NCBI GenBank assembly: GCA_043753995.1
Contig: JAYUVP010000049.1
Span: 1 to 26,017, forward strand
Direction of reading: 5' to 3'
Length of the DNA: 26,017 nt
From: Fibrobacterota bacterium
GTDB lineage: Bacteria > Fibrobacterota > Fibrobacteria > UBA11236
The translations under genes and the position numbers were made by a program. Below the pieces are notes generated by a model. The model had not been told where the DNA came from. It made no database searches and worked only from the letters and a program-made list of their open reading frames with translations. Below are positions 17,177-26,017 of this stretch, piece by piece (position 1 is the first letter of the stretch; each line of letters starts with the position of its first letter).

Positions 17177-17767
17177 AACCACCCACTCCTTCACCGCCCT
17201 AAGCGCCAGGGCATTGGTTTCGGAAATGCCTGGACCGCGCGCCAAGGCCGACCACCCATGATCGACGCCAGGGAGTAATACCCAAGTGACATTGGAGAAG
17301 GCTCGCATTTCCTCGCTAAGCTTTTCGTCGGGGCATAGCTTGTCCCGATCACCAACCAAAAGCAAGATGGGCAAATCTCGCTCACAGCATTCGCGAAACC
17401 CCTCCACGCGCAGCGCGCCTTTCCCCGTCGCCGATAGCAGAGGATAGGAGAAAAGCAAGATGCCTGCGCTATTCTGGCCCTCGGCGGCAAGGCGCAAGGC
17501 CACGCGTCCACCCATGGAATGGCCGGCGAGAAATAGCCGAGAGGAATCTCCACCTTCCGAAAATTTCTCTGCCTCGCGCCGATAGGCTTCGAGTAGCACC
17601 GGCATTTTATCGGGCAAGTGACGGCCTTGCAGGCGATAGGGAAAGTCGAAGGGAGAAACGGCCATGCCCGCCGTTTGCAGGAGAGCAGCCAATCGCAAAA
17701 GATGGGGATGAGTGCTCGAAGATCCCGCGCCGTGAGCCAGTAAAACCCCGGGGGCCTTCAAGGTCAC
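17129..17767 (-). CDS. Alpha/beta hydrolase (Tex30/KANL3-like)
   Basis: LAHGAG, FDFPY, nucleophile elbow GHSMGG, SYPL, GDRD (Asp), DH (His). The GTGA overlap with the GH26 stop suggests translational coupling. Confidence 0.88.
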   Translation of the reverse strand: MTLKAPGVLLAHGAGSSSTHPHLLRLAALLQTAGMAVSPFDFPYRLQGRHLPDKMPVLLEAYRREAEKFSEGGDSSRLFLAGHSMGGRVALRLAAEGQNSAGILLFSYPLLSATGKGALRVEGFRECCERDLPILLLVGDRDKLCPDEKLSEEMRAFSNVTWVLLPGVDHGWSALARGPGISETNALALRAVKEWVVSNRQQKPSQSRCDPG

Positions 17768-19428
17768 AGCCCGGATGGCGAGTTTTCACGCAAACGCTTG
17801 CCGCCCAAATTGAAATGCTCGACACCATGATTTCCGTCACGACTTATCACTAGTCCAGATTTGCCCGCGCGGGAGAGCAAGGTCAGGTTGCGCGCCTTGC
17901 GTTGCGGCAGTAAAGAGCGATTCGCGCTGGGCACATAATTGGCCCAACCCGGCATTTCATCCAAGGTGAGCACATAATCGTGGGCCATGATGGATTTCCA
18001 ATCGGCGGCGGTATTGTCATGAGCCCAGCCGTCCATGGTGTAATCGCCATACCAGGGCATGAAATAAGACCATCCCGCGCCATCCCCAACCAGACTATCC
18101 GGATGAGGCACCGATCCGTTTTCACTTAAGGCCACGATTTTTTTGCCTCCGAAAATCTCTTTGACTTTTTCGAAGGAGGCCACCAAGGATCCATGATTGG
18201 CAATGCGTGGGTAGTAGTAATAGTCGCGGCCTATGACATCGACATAATCGTCGCCGGGATACCAAGCCGCGGCGTCGCCCGCCTCGTCCGTGGTCCATAC
18301 CCAAATCAAATTGTTTAATCCGTGATGCTTGGTGAAACGATCAAACATGAGTCGATACAGGGCTTTGCATGCCCCCGCCCCGCTATAGCCCCACCAAAAC
18401 CATTTGCCCGAAGCCTCGTGAACTGGCCGCCAAAGCACGGGAATACCTTGATCGGCAAGAGTTTTCAAATGACCGGCCACAATATCCATATCGCGCAGCA
18501 TGGCTTTGTATTCGTCGCTCGAAGTATTGAAAGCGGCGTAGGTGGTCGAATCGACAAAGGCCTTTTTGAGATTGAAGGTGACAAAAGGCGTATTGCCGGA
18601 GGAGGGACTATAAAAAGCCTCTACCGTCAAACTGGGATCTTTCCAATGCCAGGAATAGGTGGGTATGCCGCCCCTCTTCCAGACATCTTGGGCCAAACCC
18701 AAGGTCGCCTTGGTAAACCCTTGATACCATTCGCCTTCCGAGCCCTTGCCCGTGGAGTGTATGAAATCCAAGCCCACCAAGGCCGGAACCTTGCCAGCGG
18801 CTGTTTTAATCCAATCCAATTCCACTTGATTATCGACGGTATTGGGCGTGTACTTGCCGTCATTCTGCATCACGGTATTGGTCATGACCCCGCTGATGAT
18901 TTTCTTCTGAAAATTTTCGCGCAGAAAAGCATAGAGCTTGGTGGCATTGGGTGAAGGATTGGGAGTCACCAATCCTCCAGCAATCGCGAAAGGCGAGGCG
19001 ACAAAGGGAGTCAACTCGATATAGTCGAGATTCATCCAGCCCCAGGACTTCGTGATTTCCACGGTATTGACGCCAGCCTTTAGCTTCACCTTGGCCGAAC
19101 CTTTGAGATTGACAAAGGCTTCGGTGAAGGGAAATGAGATTTGTCCGGTGGAAGATCCGTTCACCGCCAAATTCTGAATTTTTCCATTGGGATCATTCGG
19201 CTGCGAATAATTCACCCATAGGGTGTAAAAACCCGCCGCAGCCGCCGTCACTTTGAAGGAAAGATTGCCTTCTTTCATGCCCACATAAAAGCCGCCCGAA
19301 GCCTTGGCATCGGCAACCTTTAGAACCGAGTTTTCATCGACGATGGCGCTTTCGGCCTCGTATCGGTCGGCACCGTAAGCAAGGACGTTGCAAAAAGCGA
19401 GGGCGAAGGATAAAGCTCGGAATATCAT
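17764..19428 (-). CDS. Secreted GH26 endo-beta-1,4-mannanase with an N-terminal CBM35-like module and a basic C-terminal tail
   Basis: Signal peptide; YEAE...ASGG.YV...G.NTVEITKSWGWMNLDYI (CBM6/35-like); WHW, WRPVHEASGKWFWWG (acid/base Glu), WYPGDDYVD..G.D.Y, ALSENG (nucleophile Glu). Confidence 0.93.
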   Translation of the reverse strand: MIFRALSFALAFCNVLAYGADRYEAESAIVDENSVLKVADAKASGGFYVGMKEGNLSFKVTAAAAGFYTLWVNYSQPNDPNGKIQNLAVNGSSTGQISFPFTEAFVNLKGSAKVKLKAGVNTVEITKSWGWMNLDYIELTPFVASPFAIAGGLVTPNPSPNATKLYAFLRENFQKKIISGVMTNTVMQNDGKYTPNTVDNQVELDWIKTAAGKVPALVGLDFIHSTGKGSEGEWYQGFTKATLGLAQDVWKRGGIPTYSWHWKDPSLTVEAFYSPSSGNTPFVTFNLKKAFVDSTTYAAFNTSSDEYKAMLRDMDIVAGHLKTLADQGIPVLWRPVHEASGKWFWWGYSGAGACKALYRLMFDRFTKHHGLNNLIWVWTTDEAGDAAAWYPGDDYVDVIGRDYYYYPRIANHGSLVASFEKVKEIFGGKKIVALSENGSVPHPDSLVGDGAGWSYFMPWYGDYTMDGWAHDNTAADWKSIMAHDYVLTLDEMPGWANYVPSANRSLLPQRKARNLTLLSRAGKSGLVISRDGNHGVEHFNLGGKRLRENSPSGL

Positions 19429-19520
19429 GGGGACGTCCTGAGGGGATACTTCAGTGTTGGTAACCAAAGGAAGGGTACCTGTTCATGGATCCCAGAATCA
19501 GTCTCCCGGGCACAATAACC

Positions 19521-19560
19521 GAAAACCCTCCGGCAATAAGACGGAGGGTCCTTTAAAAAA
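19521..19560 (-). terminator. Intrinsic terminator-like hairpin, possibly bidirectional
   Basis: ACCCTCCG-N9-CGGAGGGT (19525-19549), followed by TTT on the minus strand and flanked by A/T runs. Confidence 0.55.
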
Positions 19561-19607
19561 ACGAGAGTTGGGGCCGAATTGCGCCAAATTTGGCAGAAAA
19601 CCAGAAC

Positions 19608-19793
19608 TTAGTCGAGCCAGTGCTCGCGGCTCCACCAAGTGGCCCAGCCGACGGCATTGCAGAAGCCGAAGAAGGAGGTCCACAGAATAAAACCCAGCAA
19701 GGCCGTCGCTTCGAGGCTTTGGGCCCAAGCAACGGAGGCTGCGGCACCAAGGCCGTAAACGATGAGGAGGGCGACGAGGGCTAAGGGGCTCAT
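19608..19793 (-). CDS. Small two-TM hypothetical membrane protein (61 aa)
   Basis: MSPLALVALLIVYGLGAAASVAW...LLGFILWTSFFGFCNAVGW: two hydrophobic segments. It fills an intergenic gap and is followed by a hairpin. Confidence 0.55.
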   Translation of the reverse strand: MSPLALVALLIVYGLGAAASVAWAQSLEATALLGFILWTSFFGFCNAVGWATWWSREHWLD

Positions 19794-19944
19794 GGGTGAA
19801 AAGATAATTCTGGAGGAGGTTTTTTGGCCGGTTGCGAGGCGCGCGGAGCGCAGGGCCAAGGAGGCCGCGTGCCATGGTCAGTGGCCGAGAGGGCAGCCGT
19901 CGCCCCAGAGTCGCGATACGGCCCCGGAAAAAAGGGTTTCCATA

Positions 19945-20487
19945 TCATGCCGACAAATCCAAAAGATTAGGGCTGGGCCCGCTTTTGACCGCGCCTTTGC
20001 CTTGCGGCTCATATTGAATCGAATTGCGAATGTCGCTGATGATGCGCGTCAGGGTGTTTTGATTGCCTTTTTCCAGGCCCGCTCGGTCCATGGCCGATTT
20101 CAAGGCGTCCAGGAGTTCATTGAGGGATTGCCCAGCCGGTCGGGCTGAATTCGAGGTGCCGTTGGCAGCCTTCGCATCGGATGGGCCGGAATCTTTATGC
20201 CCCGGGGCACCATCGTCGGCGGTAAACCCGGACTGGCGTTTGACGCGGGCTTTCATGGCCTCGCTGAGAATTTTCACCGAGTCGGCAAAAGGCAATTGAT
20301 CCCAGTTACCGGCATCGGCGCTTTCGCTGGGTTCGTTGGAAATATCCTTGGGCTTGGTCGCAGCGGAGGAGACCTCGGATGGCGCTTCGGGGAGGGGATC
20401 CTCGGCGGGGGCATAGCGCGGCGTCAGGCGACCATAGGAAAGATTCGCGACGCTCTCGGGGTTGGGATTTGTGCCTTCGGTTTGCAT
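19945..20487 (-). CDS. Hypothetical low-complexity protein (180 aa)
   Basis: GGAGAG RBS before ATG 20487. Disordered N-terminus, DSVKILSEAMK, a helical C-terminal part, and the ending NLLDLSA. Confidence 0.7.
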   Translation of the reverse strand: MQTEGTNPNPESVANLSYGRLTPRYAPAEDPLPEAPSEVSSAATKPKDISNEPSESADAGNWDQLPFADSVKILSEAMKARVKRQSGFTADDGAPGHKDSGPSDAKAANGTSNSARPAGQSLNELLDALKSAMDRAGLEKGNQNTLTRIISDIRNSIQYEPQGKGAVKSGPSPNLLDLSA

Positions 20488-20808
20488 GACTGCTCTCCAG
20501 GGTCGAGTTTCTCTCCTCGGCTTCTGTCCGTCTCGAACTCCGTTGGCGCGCGGGGAAAGTTTCCCTGAGTGCCCGGCATCGGCGCTTCGCCGACTCCACT
20601 TTGCCCAAGACATCCTTCCACGTCCCTGTGGTCAATGCCGCTTCGAGTATAAGGGATGGCAAGGGAAAAACGAGCTTTCTTCGGCGCCTCTTCGGCGGAA
20701 TTCCCCTTCATTTTCTGCTACGTCTCATGCCCGTGACGTCTTGTTGATGTGACCCTTGATGCGAAACTTAAAGTGAAATCTCAGGTACCGGAATCGGATA
20801 CTTGCGAG

Positions 20809-22644
20809 GTGAGAAAACCGATCACAACTTTCACCGGACTTGCGGCCATCAGCCTCATCGCCCTGCTGGGCCTGGGTTTGAGAGCGGCGGCCATGGATTG
20901 GGGGCTCGTCACCGACGCAAGCTTGCGGGCTGCGCATTATCCCGAGGCCAGCCTGAACCCCGGAGCAGGAGCCGTGGCGGGAGGCAAACAAGGTCGCATC
21001 TATGGCAGCTATGTCTATGACGAACTTTCCTTTTCGCGATTTATCGCCTGGTTCGCGCGGGCCGAGGCCATTGTCGAGCAAAAACGGGACGGAAAAATCG
21101 GCGCGATGCAAACCGTTTGGAGGCTTTACAAGGCGGCCTATGTCGAAGGCGGGCTTTCGCTGAATCCCGTGGCGCCCATGATTTATGGCATGCTCACCGC
21201 GGCCATGGCGACGGGGGTTTACGGCATTCCCCTCGATTCGGAAACAAGCCTAGGCGACAGCTATCACGTGCACGGCGATTGGATGACGGCTTTTTTCCGT
21301 ATTGGTCGCTGGTTATCGGTGCTGACTTGCCTGCCTGTCATGCTGGCCTTCGTTTGGCTGTGGTCCCTGGTTGGGCAAAGGAGGGATTGGTCTTGGCTCG
21401 GCATCGGTGCCTTCGCCTATATGTTTCAGCCCACTCTGGTTACCCATGGCCGACTCATCACCTACAATATCGGCATGTGCCTGATTGAATTGATTTTTCT
21501 CGGCTTGGTTGCCGCCCTGTTGGGCCATGACAAAATCAGGCGAAAAAGCCGAGGCGTCGCCGCGCTGGCCGGACTGGTCTTAGGCATCGGTATTGCGACA
21601 AAAATCACCATTATGCCTATAGCGGCGGTGGCCTTTGTCGCCTTGGCGCATCAGGCCTGGCGCCGAATTCCGACTCTCGGGCTGCGAGCCTGCCAAGTCC
21701 CCGCCTTGCTTTTCTCCACGGCGGGTCTGGTCACCTTCTTTCTTTGGTATCCTGGTCTTACTTCGCCTCAAGGCCATTTGGGCCTGGAAAACCAAGGCCA
21801 AATGCTCACCGGGTTGAGCCATTGGGATGACGGCAATTATTTCACCTATGCTCGATATTATTTTTTTCACACCTTGCCTGCCGCTTTCGGCTGGCCGCTT
21901 TATTTCACCGGAATAGCCGCTATGGCTTTTGCATTGTGGCGAGTACGGCATGCCACCGCGGTGCAAAACCTCATTCTGTTTTCGCTTTTGCTGTGGTTGC
22001 TGCTTTACCCTCTCAATTTTCTCGGAACGGAAATTCAACGGGCCCAGTCGGTGATCGTTTTTTTGCTGCTCCTGGCGGGAGGCTTTCTTTCCCACCTGGG
22101 CAGGGTCACCTTGCCATTACCCTCGAAAAACGACTCCCCCCCACCTTGGAGGCCGGGGGCAGGTCGTCGCCTGATTGCTGCCTGGAGCTTATATCTCCTG
22201 GTCGGGATGGCTTTCGCCTCGATTGTGAGCACCGTCCTATTTCGTCGTGATCAGCCGGGATATCGGACCGCGCTTTCGGCTTGGGTATTAAAGAATATCC
22301 CCCCCGGTGAATCGATTTGGGCCGAAGGCAGCCATGCCCACACCTTTTCGGATATTTCCATGGTGGAAATTTGGGGCCAGTCGCGAAGGCCGCTCTACCG
22401 CTGGACCCTGAAGGTACCGGAAAGTTTTTGCCGGGAAAAACCAATGGCTTGGGGCCATTATCATGATGACTGTCCCTGTGGGGATCCCAAAAAAGCCTTC
22501 CTATCCCCCTCTAAAATCGAAAACAGGTCCCTGATAATCTGGCGCAAAGCCCTGGGGTATCCCCGCTGGGAACAACGCCTGACTCAGCCCAATTATGTGG
22601 TTTTTGCCCCATTCCCCCCCCGAGAGCCCGGGCACTCACCTTAG
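20809..22644 (+). CDS. GT-C fold integral-membrane glycosyltransferase (ArnT/PMT-like)
   Basis: First TM ending LGLR, periplasmic YDE acidic motif, GRWLSVL, GIATK, roughly a dozen hydrophobic segments, and a C-terminal W...NIPPGESI domain. Start at GTG 20809 or 20749. Confidence 0.72.
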   Translation: MRKPITTFTGLAAISLIALLGLGLRAAAMDWGLVTDASLRAAHYPEASLNPGAGAVAGGKQGRIYGSYVYDELSFSRFIAWFARAEAIVEQKRDGKIGAMQTVWRLYKAAYVEGGLSLNPVAPMIYGMLTAAMATGVYGIPLDSETSLGDSYHVHGDWMTAFFRIGRWLSVLTCLPVMLAFVWLWSLVGQRRDWSWLGIGAFAYMFQPTLVTHGRLITYNIGMCLIELIFLGLVAALLGHDKIRRKSRGVAALAGLVLGIGIATKITIMPIAAVAFVALAHQAWRRIPTLGLRACQVPALLFSTAGLVTFFLWYPGLTSPQGHLGLENQGQMLTGLSHWDDGNYFTYARYYFFHTLPAAFGWPLYFTGIAAMAFALWRVRHATAVQNLILFSLLLWLLLYPLNFLGTEIQRAQSVIVFLLLLAGGFLSHLGRVTLPLPSKNDSPPPWRPGAGRRLIAAWSLYLLVGMAFASIVSTVLFRRDQPGYRTALSAWVLKNIPPGESIWAEGSHAHTFSDISMVEIWGQSRRPLYRWTLKVPESFCREKPMAWGHYHDDCPCGDPKKAFLSPSKIENRSLIIWRKALGYPRWEQRLTQPNYVVFAPFPPREPGHSP

Positions 22645-22731
22645 ATATATCGATACATCGCGATTTATTGATGAATCTCTTTCCGGAATTGGGTATATTC
22701 AGCCTTTCGGATTCCGTTCCAAGGAGATTTC

Positions 22732-23937
22732 ATGTCCAAGCACCTATTCACCTCCGAATCGGTCTCGATGGGCCACCCTGATAAAATGGCCGATCAGATT
22801 TCGGATTCGATACTCGACGCCATGCTCGAGCAAGATCCCCGCTCGCGCGTCGCTTGCGAAACCCTCATCACCACCGGCCTTGTCGTCGTCGCCGGTGAAA
22901 TCACCACCAAGGCCAATGTGGATTTTCAGCAAATCGTGCGCGAGGCCATTCGTAAAACCGGCTATGACGATGCGCGTAAAGGCTTCGACAGCAAGACTTG
23001 CGGCGTCACCATTGCCCTCGACAAGCAAAGCCCCGACATTTCCCAAGGTGTGAGCGAAGGCGAAGGCTTGTTCAAGGAACAAGGCGCTGGCGATCAAGGC
23101 ATGATGTTCGGCTTCGCCGTGCGCGAAACCGACGTGCTCATGCCCATGCCCATTCACTATTCGCATCGCTTGATGGAACGCTTGGCCCAATTGCGCCAGG
23201 ACAATACCATCGGCTGGCTGCGCCCCGACAGCAAGAGCCAGGTCACGGTGGAATATCACGACAATAAGCCCAAGCGCGTTGACACCGTGGTCATCTCCAC
23301 TCAGCACGATGAAGATGTCGACCACAAGACCATCGAGCGCGAAGTCATTGAGCAATGCGTGAAGGCCGTCATTCCCGCCCATTTGCTCGATGCCCATACT
23401 CGTTATTTCATCAATCCCACCGGTCGTTTCGTCATCGGCGGCCCCATGGGCGATTGCGGTCTCACCGGCCGTAAAATCATCGTCGACACTTATGGCGGCA
23501 TGGGCCGTCATGGTGGCGGCGCTTTTTCAGGCAAAGATCCTTCCAAGGTCGATCGCTCGGCGGCTTATGCCTCGCGCTATGTTGCCAAGAATGTGGTGGC
23601 TGCCGGTCTCGCCGATCGCTGCGAAGTGCAGGTGGCGTATGCTATCGGTTACCCCAAGCCGGTTTCGGTTTATGTCGAAACTTTCGGCACGGGCAAAATC
23701 GGTCCCGAAGCCCTCGAAGCCTTGGTGCAGGAGTATTTCGATCTCTCGCCCGGTGGCATTGTGCGTATGCTCGACTTGCTCAAGCCCCGTTACAAAGCCA
23801 CCGCCGTGCACGGCCATTTCGGCCGCATCGGCGAAAGCTTCACTTGGGAACGCACCGACAAGGCCGTGGCCTTGCGCCAAGCGGCCGAGAAAATCCTCAA
23901 AGCCGGTACCCAATTGCCGGAATTGGTCATCGCTTAA
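22732..23937 (+). CDS. metK: S-adenosylmethionine synthetase
   Basis: [71 protein letters not shown]. Confidence 0.99.
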   Translation: MSKHLFTSESVSMGHPDKMADQISDSILDAMLEQDPRSRVACETLITTGLVVVAGEITTKANVDFQQIVREAIRKTGYDDARKGFDSKTCGVTIALDKQSPDISQGVSEGEGLFKEQGAGDQGMMFGFAVRETDVLMPMPIHYSHRLMERLAQLRQDNTIGWLRPDSKSQVTVEYHDNKPKRVDTVVISTQHDEDVDHKTIEREVIEQCVKAVIPAHLLDAHTRYFINPTGRFVIGGPMGDCGLTGRKIIVDTYGGMGRHGGGAFSGKDPSKVDRSAAYASRYVAKNVVAAGLADRCEVQVAYAIGYPKPVSVYVETFGTGKIGPEALEALVQEYFDLSPGGIVRMLDLLKPRYKATAVHGHFGRIGESFTWERTDKAVALRQAAEKILKAGTQLPELVIA

Positions 23938-23945
23938 CGCCCTCC

Positions 23946-23975
23946 AACGGCCATCCTGTAGCAAGGATGGCTGTT
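23946..23975 (+). other. Stable intercistronic hairpin between metK and ahcY
   Basis: AACGGCCATCCT-gtagca-AGGATGGCTGTT, 12 bp with one G-U pair and no U-tract. Confidence 0.55.
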
Positions 23976-24040
23976 ACCGTTGTCACAAAATTCACGTGCG
24001 CACGGCTAAGTGGTCGAGCGCCAACCCAGAATGAGGACCT

Positions 24041-25501
24041 ATGTCCCCTGTCACTGAAGCGCCCGTCAAGAAGCATGTCCACGCTCCCATCACCGATTTC
24101 GAAGTGGCCGATCTTTCCCTATGGGAATTCGGCCGCAAGGAAATCGACATCGCCGAAAAGGAAATGCCCGGCCTCATGGCCGTGCGCGCCAAATACGGCA
24201 AGCAAAAGCCGCTCAAGGGCGTTCGCCTATCGGGCTCTTTGCATATGACCATTCAAACCGCCGTCCTCATCGAGACCTTGAAGGATCTCGGCGCCGACGT
24301 GCGTTGGGCTTCCTGCAATATTTTCTCCACCCAAGACCATGCGGCAGCGGCCATCGCCATGGCGGGCATTCCCGTTTTCGCCTGGAAGGGCGAAAACCTG
24401 ATCGAATATTGGGATTGCACCTTCAAGATGCTTTGCCATCCCGGAGGCAATGCCGGCGAGCCGCTCGGCCCGCAACTCATCGTGGATGACGGCGGCGACG
24501 CCACCTTGCTCATTCACTGGGGCTATAAGGCCGAAAAAGACGCTTCTTTCCTCGACCGCAAAGCCGGTTCGGAAGAAGAAGAAGTCATTCTGGCCTTGCT
24601 CAAGAAGACGCTCAAGACCCATCCCGGCATTTGGCATCGCTTCGTCAAGGACTGGAAAGGCGTTTCGGAAGAGACCACCACCGGCGTGCATCGCCTCTAT
24701 CAGATGATGCAAAAGGGCGAATTGCTGGTTCAGGCCATCAATGTGAATGATAGCGTCACCAAGAGCAAATTCGACAACCTCTATGGATGCCGCGAATCGC
24801 TGGCCGACGGCATCAAACGCGCCACCGACGTCATGATTGCCGGCAAGGTGGTCGTGGTCGCAGGTTATGGCGACGTGGGCAAGGGTTGCGCGCATAGCAT
24901 GAAGGCGCTCGGCGCCCGCGTCATCGTCACCGAAATCGATCCCATCAATGCGCTGCAAGCCGCCATGGAAGGCTATCAAGTCACTACCATGGAAGAGGCG
25001 CTTAAGGACGGCAATATCTTCGTGACCACCACAGGTTGCGTCGATGTCATCACTGCCGATCACATGAAGCAAATGAAGGACGAGAGCATTGTTTGCAATA
25101 TCGGTCACTTCGACAGCGAAATCGACGTCGCCGGTTTGCGTACCATTCCCGGCGTGAAGCATCTCAATATCAAGCCCCAAGTCGATCAATACACCGTGCC
25201 CAGCGGCGCGAAGATTTATTTGCTGGCTGAAGGCCGCCTCGTGAATTTGGGTTGCGCCACCGGCCATCCCAGCTTCGTGATGAGCAATAGCTTCACCAAC
25301 CAGACCTTGGCGCAACTCGAATTGTGGACCAATCCCCGCGCGGTCGGCGTTTACACCTTGCCCAAGAAATTGGACGAGGAAGTGGCTCGCTTGCATTTGG
25401 ACAAGCTCGGCATCAAGCTCACCAAGCTCAATGCCAAGCAAGCCGAATACATGAGCCTACCGGTCGATGGCCCTTATAAGCCCGAGCATTATCGCTATTG
25501 A
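24041..25501 (+). CDS. ahcY: S-adenosylhomocysteine hydrolase
   Basis: [88 protein letters not shown]. Confidence 0.99.
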   Translation: MSPVTEAPVKKHVHAPITDFEVADLSLWEFGRKEIDIAEKEMPGLMAVRAKYGKQKPLKGVRLSGSLHMTIQTAVLIETLKDLGADVRWASCNIFSTQDHAAAAIAMAGIPVFAWKGENLIEYWDCTFKMLCHPGGNAGEPLGPQLIVDDGGDATLLIHWGYKAEKDASFLDRKAGSEEEEVILALLKKTLKTHPGIWHRFVKDWKGVSEETTTGVHRLYQMMQKGELLVQAINVNDSVTKSKFDNLYGCRESLADGIKRATDVMIAGKVVVVAGYGDVGKGCAHSMKALGARVIVTEIDPINALQAAMEGYQVTTMEEALKDGNIFVTTTGCVDVITADHMKQMKDESIVCNIGHFDSEIDVAGLRTIPGVKHLNIKPQVDQYTVPSGAKIYLLAEGRLVNLGCATGHPSFVMSNSFTNQTLAQLELWTNPRAVGVYTLPKKLDEEVARLHLDKLGIKLTKLNAKQAEYMSLPVDGPYKPEHYRY

Positions 25502-25575
25502 AGAGGGTGGCACGCTCGCGCGTGCCTAGGGTTAGATGGATTCTTATGAGGCCGTTCTGTGGAAGCAGAGCGGCT

Positions 25576-25986
25576 TTATTTTTTTGGCTTGAGGGACTTG
25601 GCCTCGGCCACCCGGTATTTCGCCTGAATGTGGACAGGCACGGTAGTACCCGGTACGTGATGCAAACCCCATTGAATGAGGGCACGCAAGACCGGCATTA
25701 AATCTCGGCCTTTGTGAGTCAGCCCGTATTGATAGCGCTTGGGATGCTCCTGGTACAATTCCTTTTCGAGCAAACCCCAATGCTCCAGGCGCTTCAGTCG
25801 CTCTGCCAGGATATTGGTCGGAATGCCCTCCGGGGATTCCAGAAAATCAGCGAATCGCGCCGCCCCCAACAATAAGTCACGAATCACCAGCAAAGTCCAT
25901 TTGTCCCCGAGTATGTCCAGGGAATTAGCAATGGGACAAAACGATCGCGCAGGCGGCGAAGCCGCCGGGGTTTCCTTTTTTTTCAC
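25576..25986 (-). CDS. HxlR/DUF24 family transcriptional regulator
   Basis: RSFCPIANSLDILGDKWTLLVIRDL...RF.DF..SPEGIPTNILAERLKRLE...YGLTHKGRDL. Confidence 0.95.
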   Translation of the reverse strand: MKKKETPAASPPARSFCPIANSLDILGDKWTLLVIRDLLLGAARFADFLESPEGIPTNILAERLKRLEHWGLLEKELYQEHPKRYQYGLTHKGRDLMPVLRALIQWGLHHVPGTTVPVHIQAKYRVAEAKSLKPKK

Positions 25987-26017
25987 CCACCTAAGATAAT
26001 CCAGTGACTTGCAAAAC

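Noticed and set aside
20530..20615. c-di-GMP-I riboswitch suggested by GGGCAAA plus a hairpin on the minus strand
   Set aside because: It lacks the GNRA-capped stem followed by GACGCAAA; only a generic hairpin.
22645..22731. SAM riboswitch upstream of metK
   Set aside because: Only 87 nt, AT-rich and promoter-like, with no SAM-I/II core. TTGATG...TATATT has a 20-nt spacer, so it is not called as a promoter either.
23938..24040. Canonical SAH riboswitch upstream of ahcY
   Set aside because: The expected conserved elements (GAGGAGCG...CAGGCUC...CGCUC) are not present.
24227..25441. 404-aa antisense ORF over ahcY (similarly 22744-23511 over metK and 4323-5420 over pyrC)
   Set aside because: Shadow ORFs produced by strong codon bias in conserved genes; no independent motifs.
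25508..25526. TGGCACG as a sigma54 site, or as a terminator, after ahcY
   Set aside because: No GC at the -12 position. It is a 7-bp hairpin (GGCACGC-tcgc-GCGTGCC) without a U-tract between convergent genes.
1..26017. CRISPR arrays, tRNA/rRNA genes, IS elements, integrases, tandem repeat arrays
   Set aside because: None seen on reading; intergenic spaces are short and no transposase or integrase motifs occur in the ORF track.

Overview
A GC-rich, gene-dense bacterial chromosomal segment. It most likely comes from a Fibrobacterota-type organism; this is inferred from the basic C-terminal tails ending LLDLKGRQ and FNLGGKR on two secreted-type proteins. It is mostly housekeeping and envelope genes: an HtrA-like protease, a fused membrane/spermidine-synthase-like protein, pyrC, a SAM methyltransferase, tsaD, ftsX-envC-holB-recJ, two HxlR regulators, a phytol-kinase/DUF92 fusion, an alpha/beta hydrolase, a CBM35-GH26 mannanase, a GT-C glycosyltransferase and metK-ahcY. 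I found no mobile elements, RNA genes or CRISPR arrays. The most unusual feature is a 607-aa ORF (8506-10329) heading the ftsX-envC-holB-recJ run. By eye it reads as an intact but catalytically dead primase (AEP/RepB'-like)-DnaB helicase fusion, sitting where ftsE normally sits. Secondary points are a near-consensus sigma54 promoter that would give an almost leaderless mRNA for a signal-less HtrA, a stand-alone GltF/CglF-like secreted protein behind a near-consensus sigma70 promoter, a VTE5-VTE6-like fusion, and a frame-broken gene at the left edge. All family assignments come from motif recognition by eye; no searches were run.
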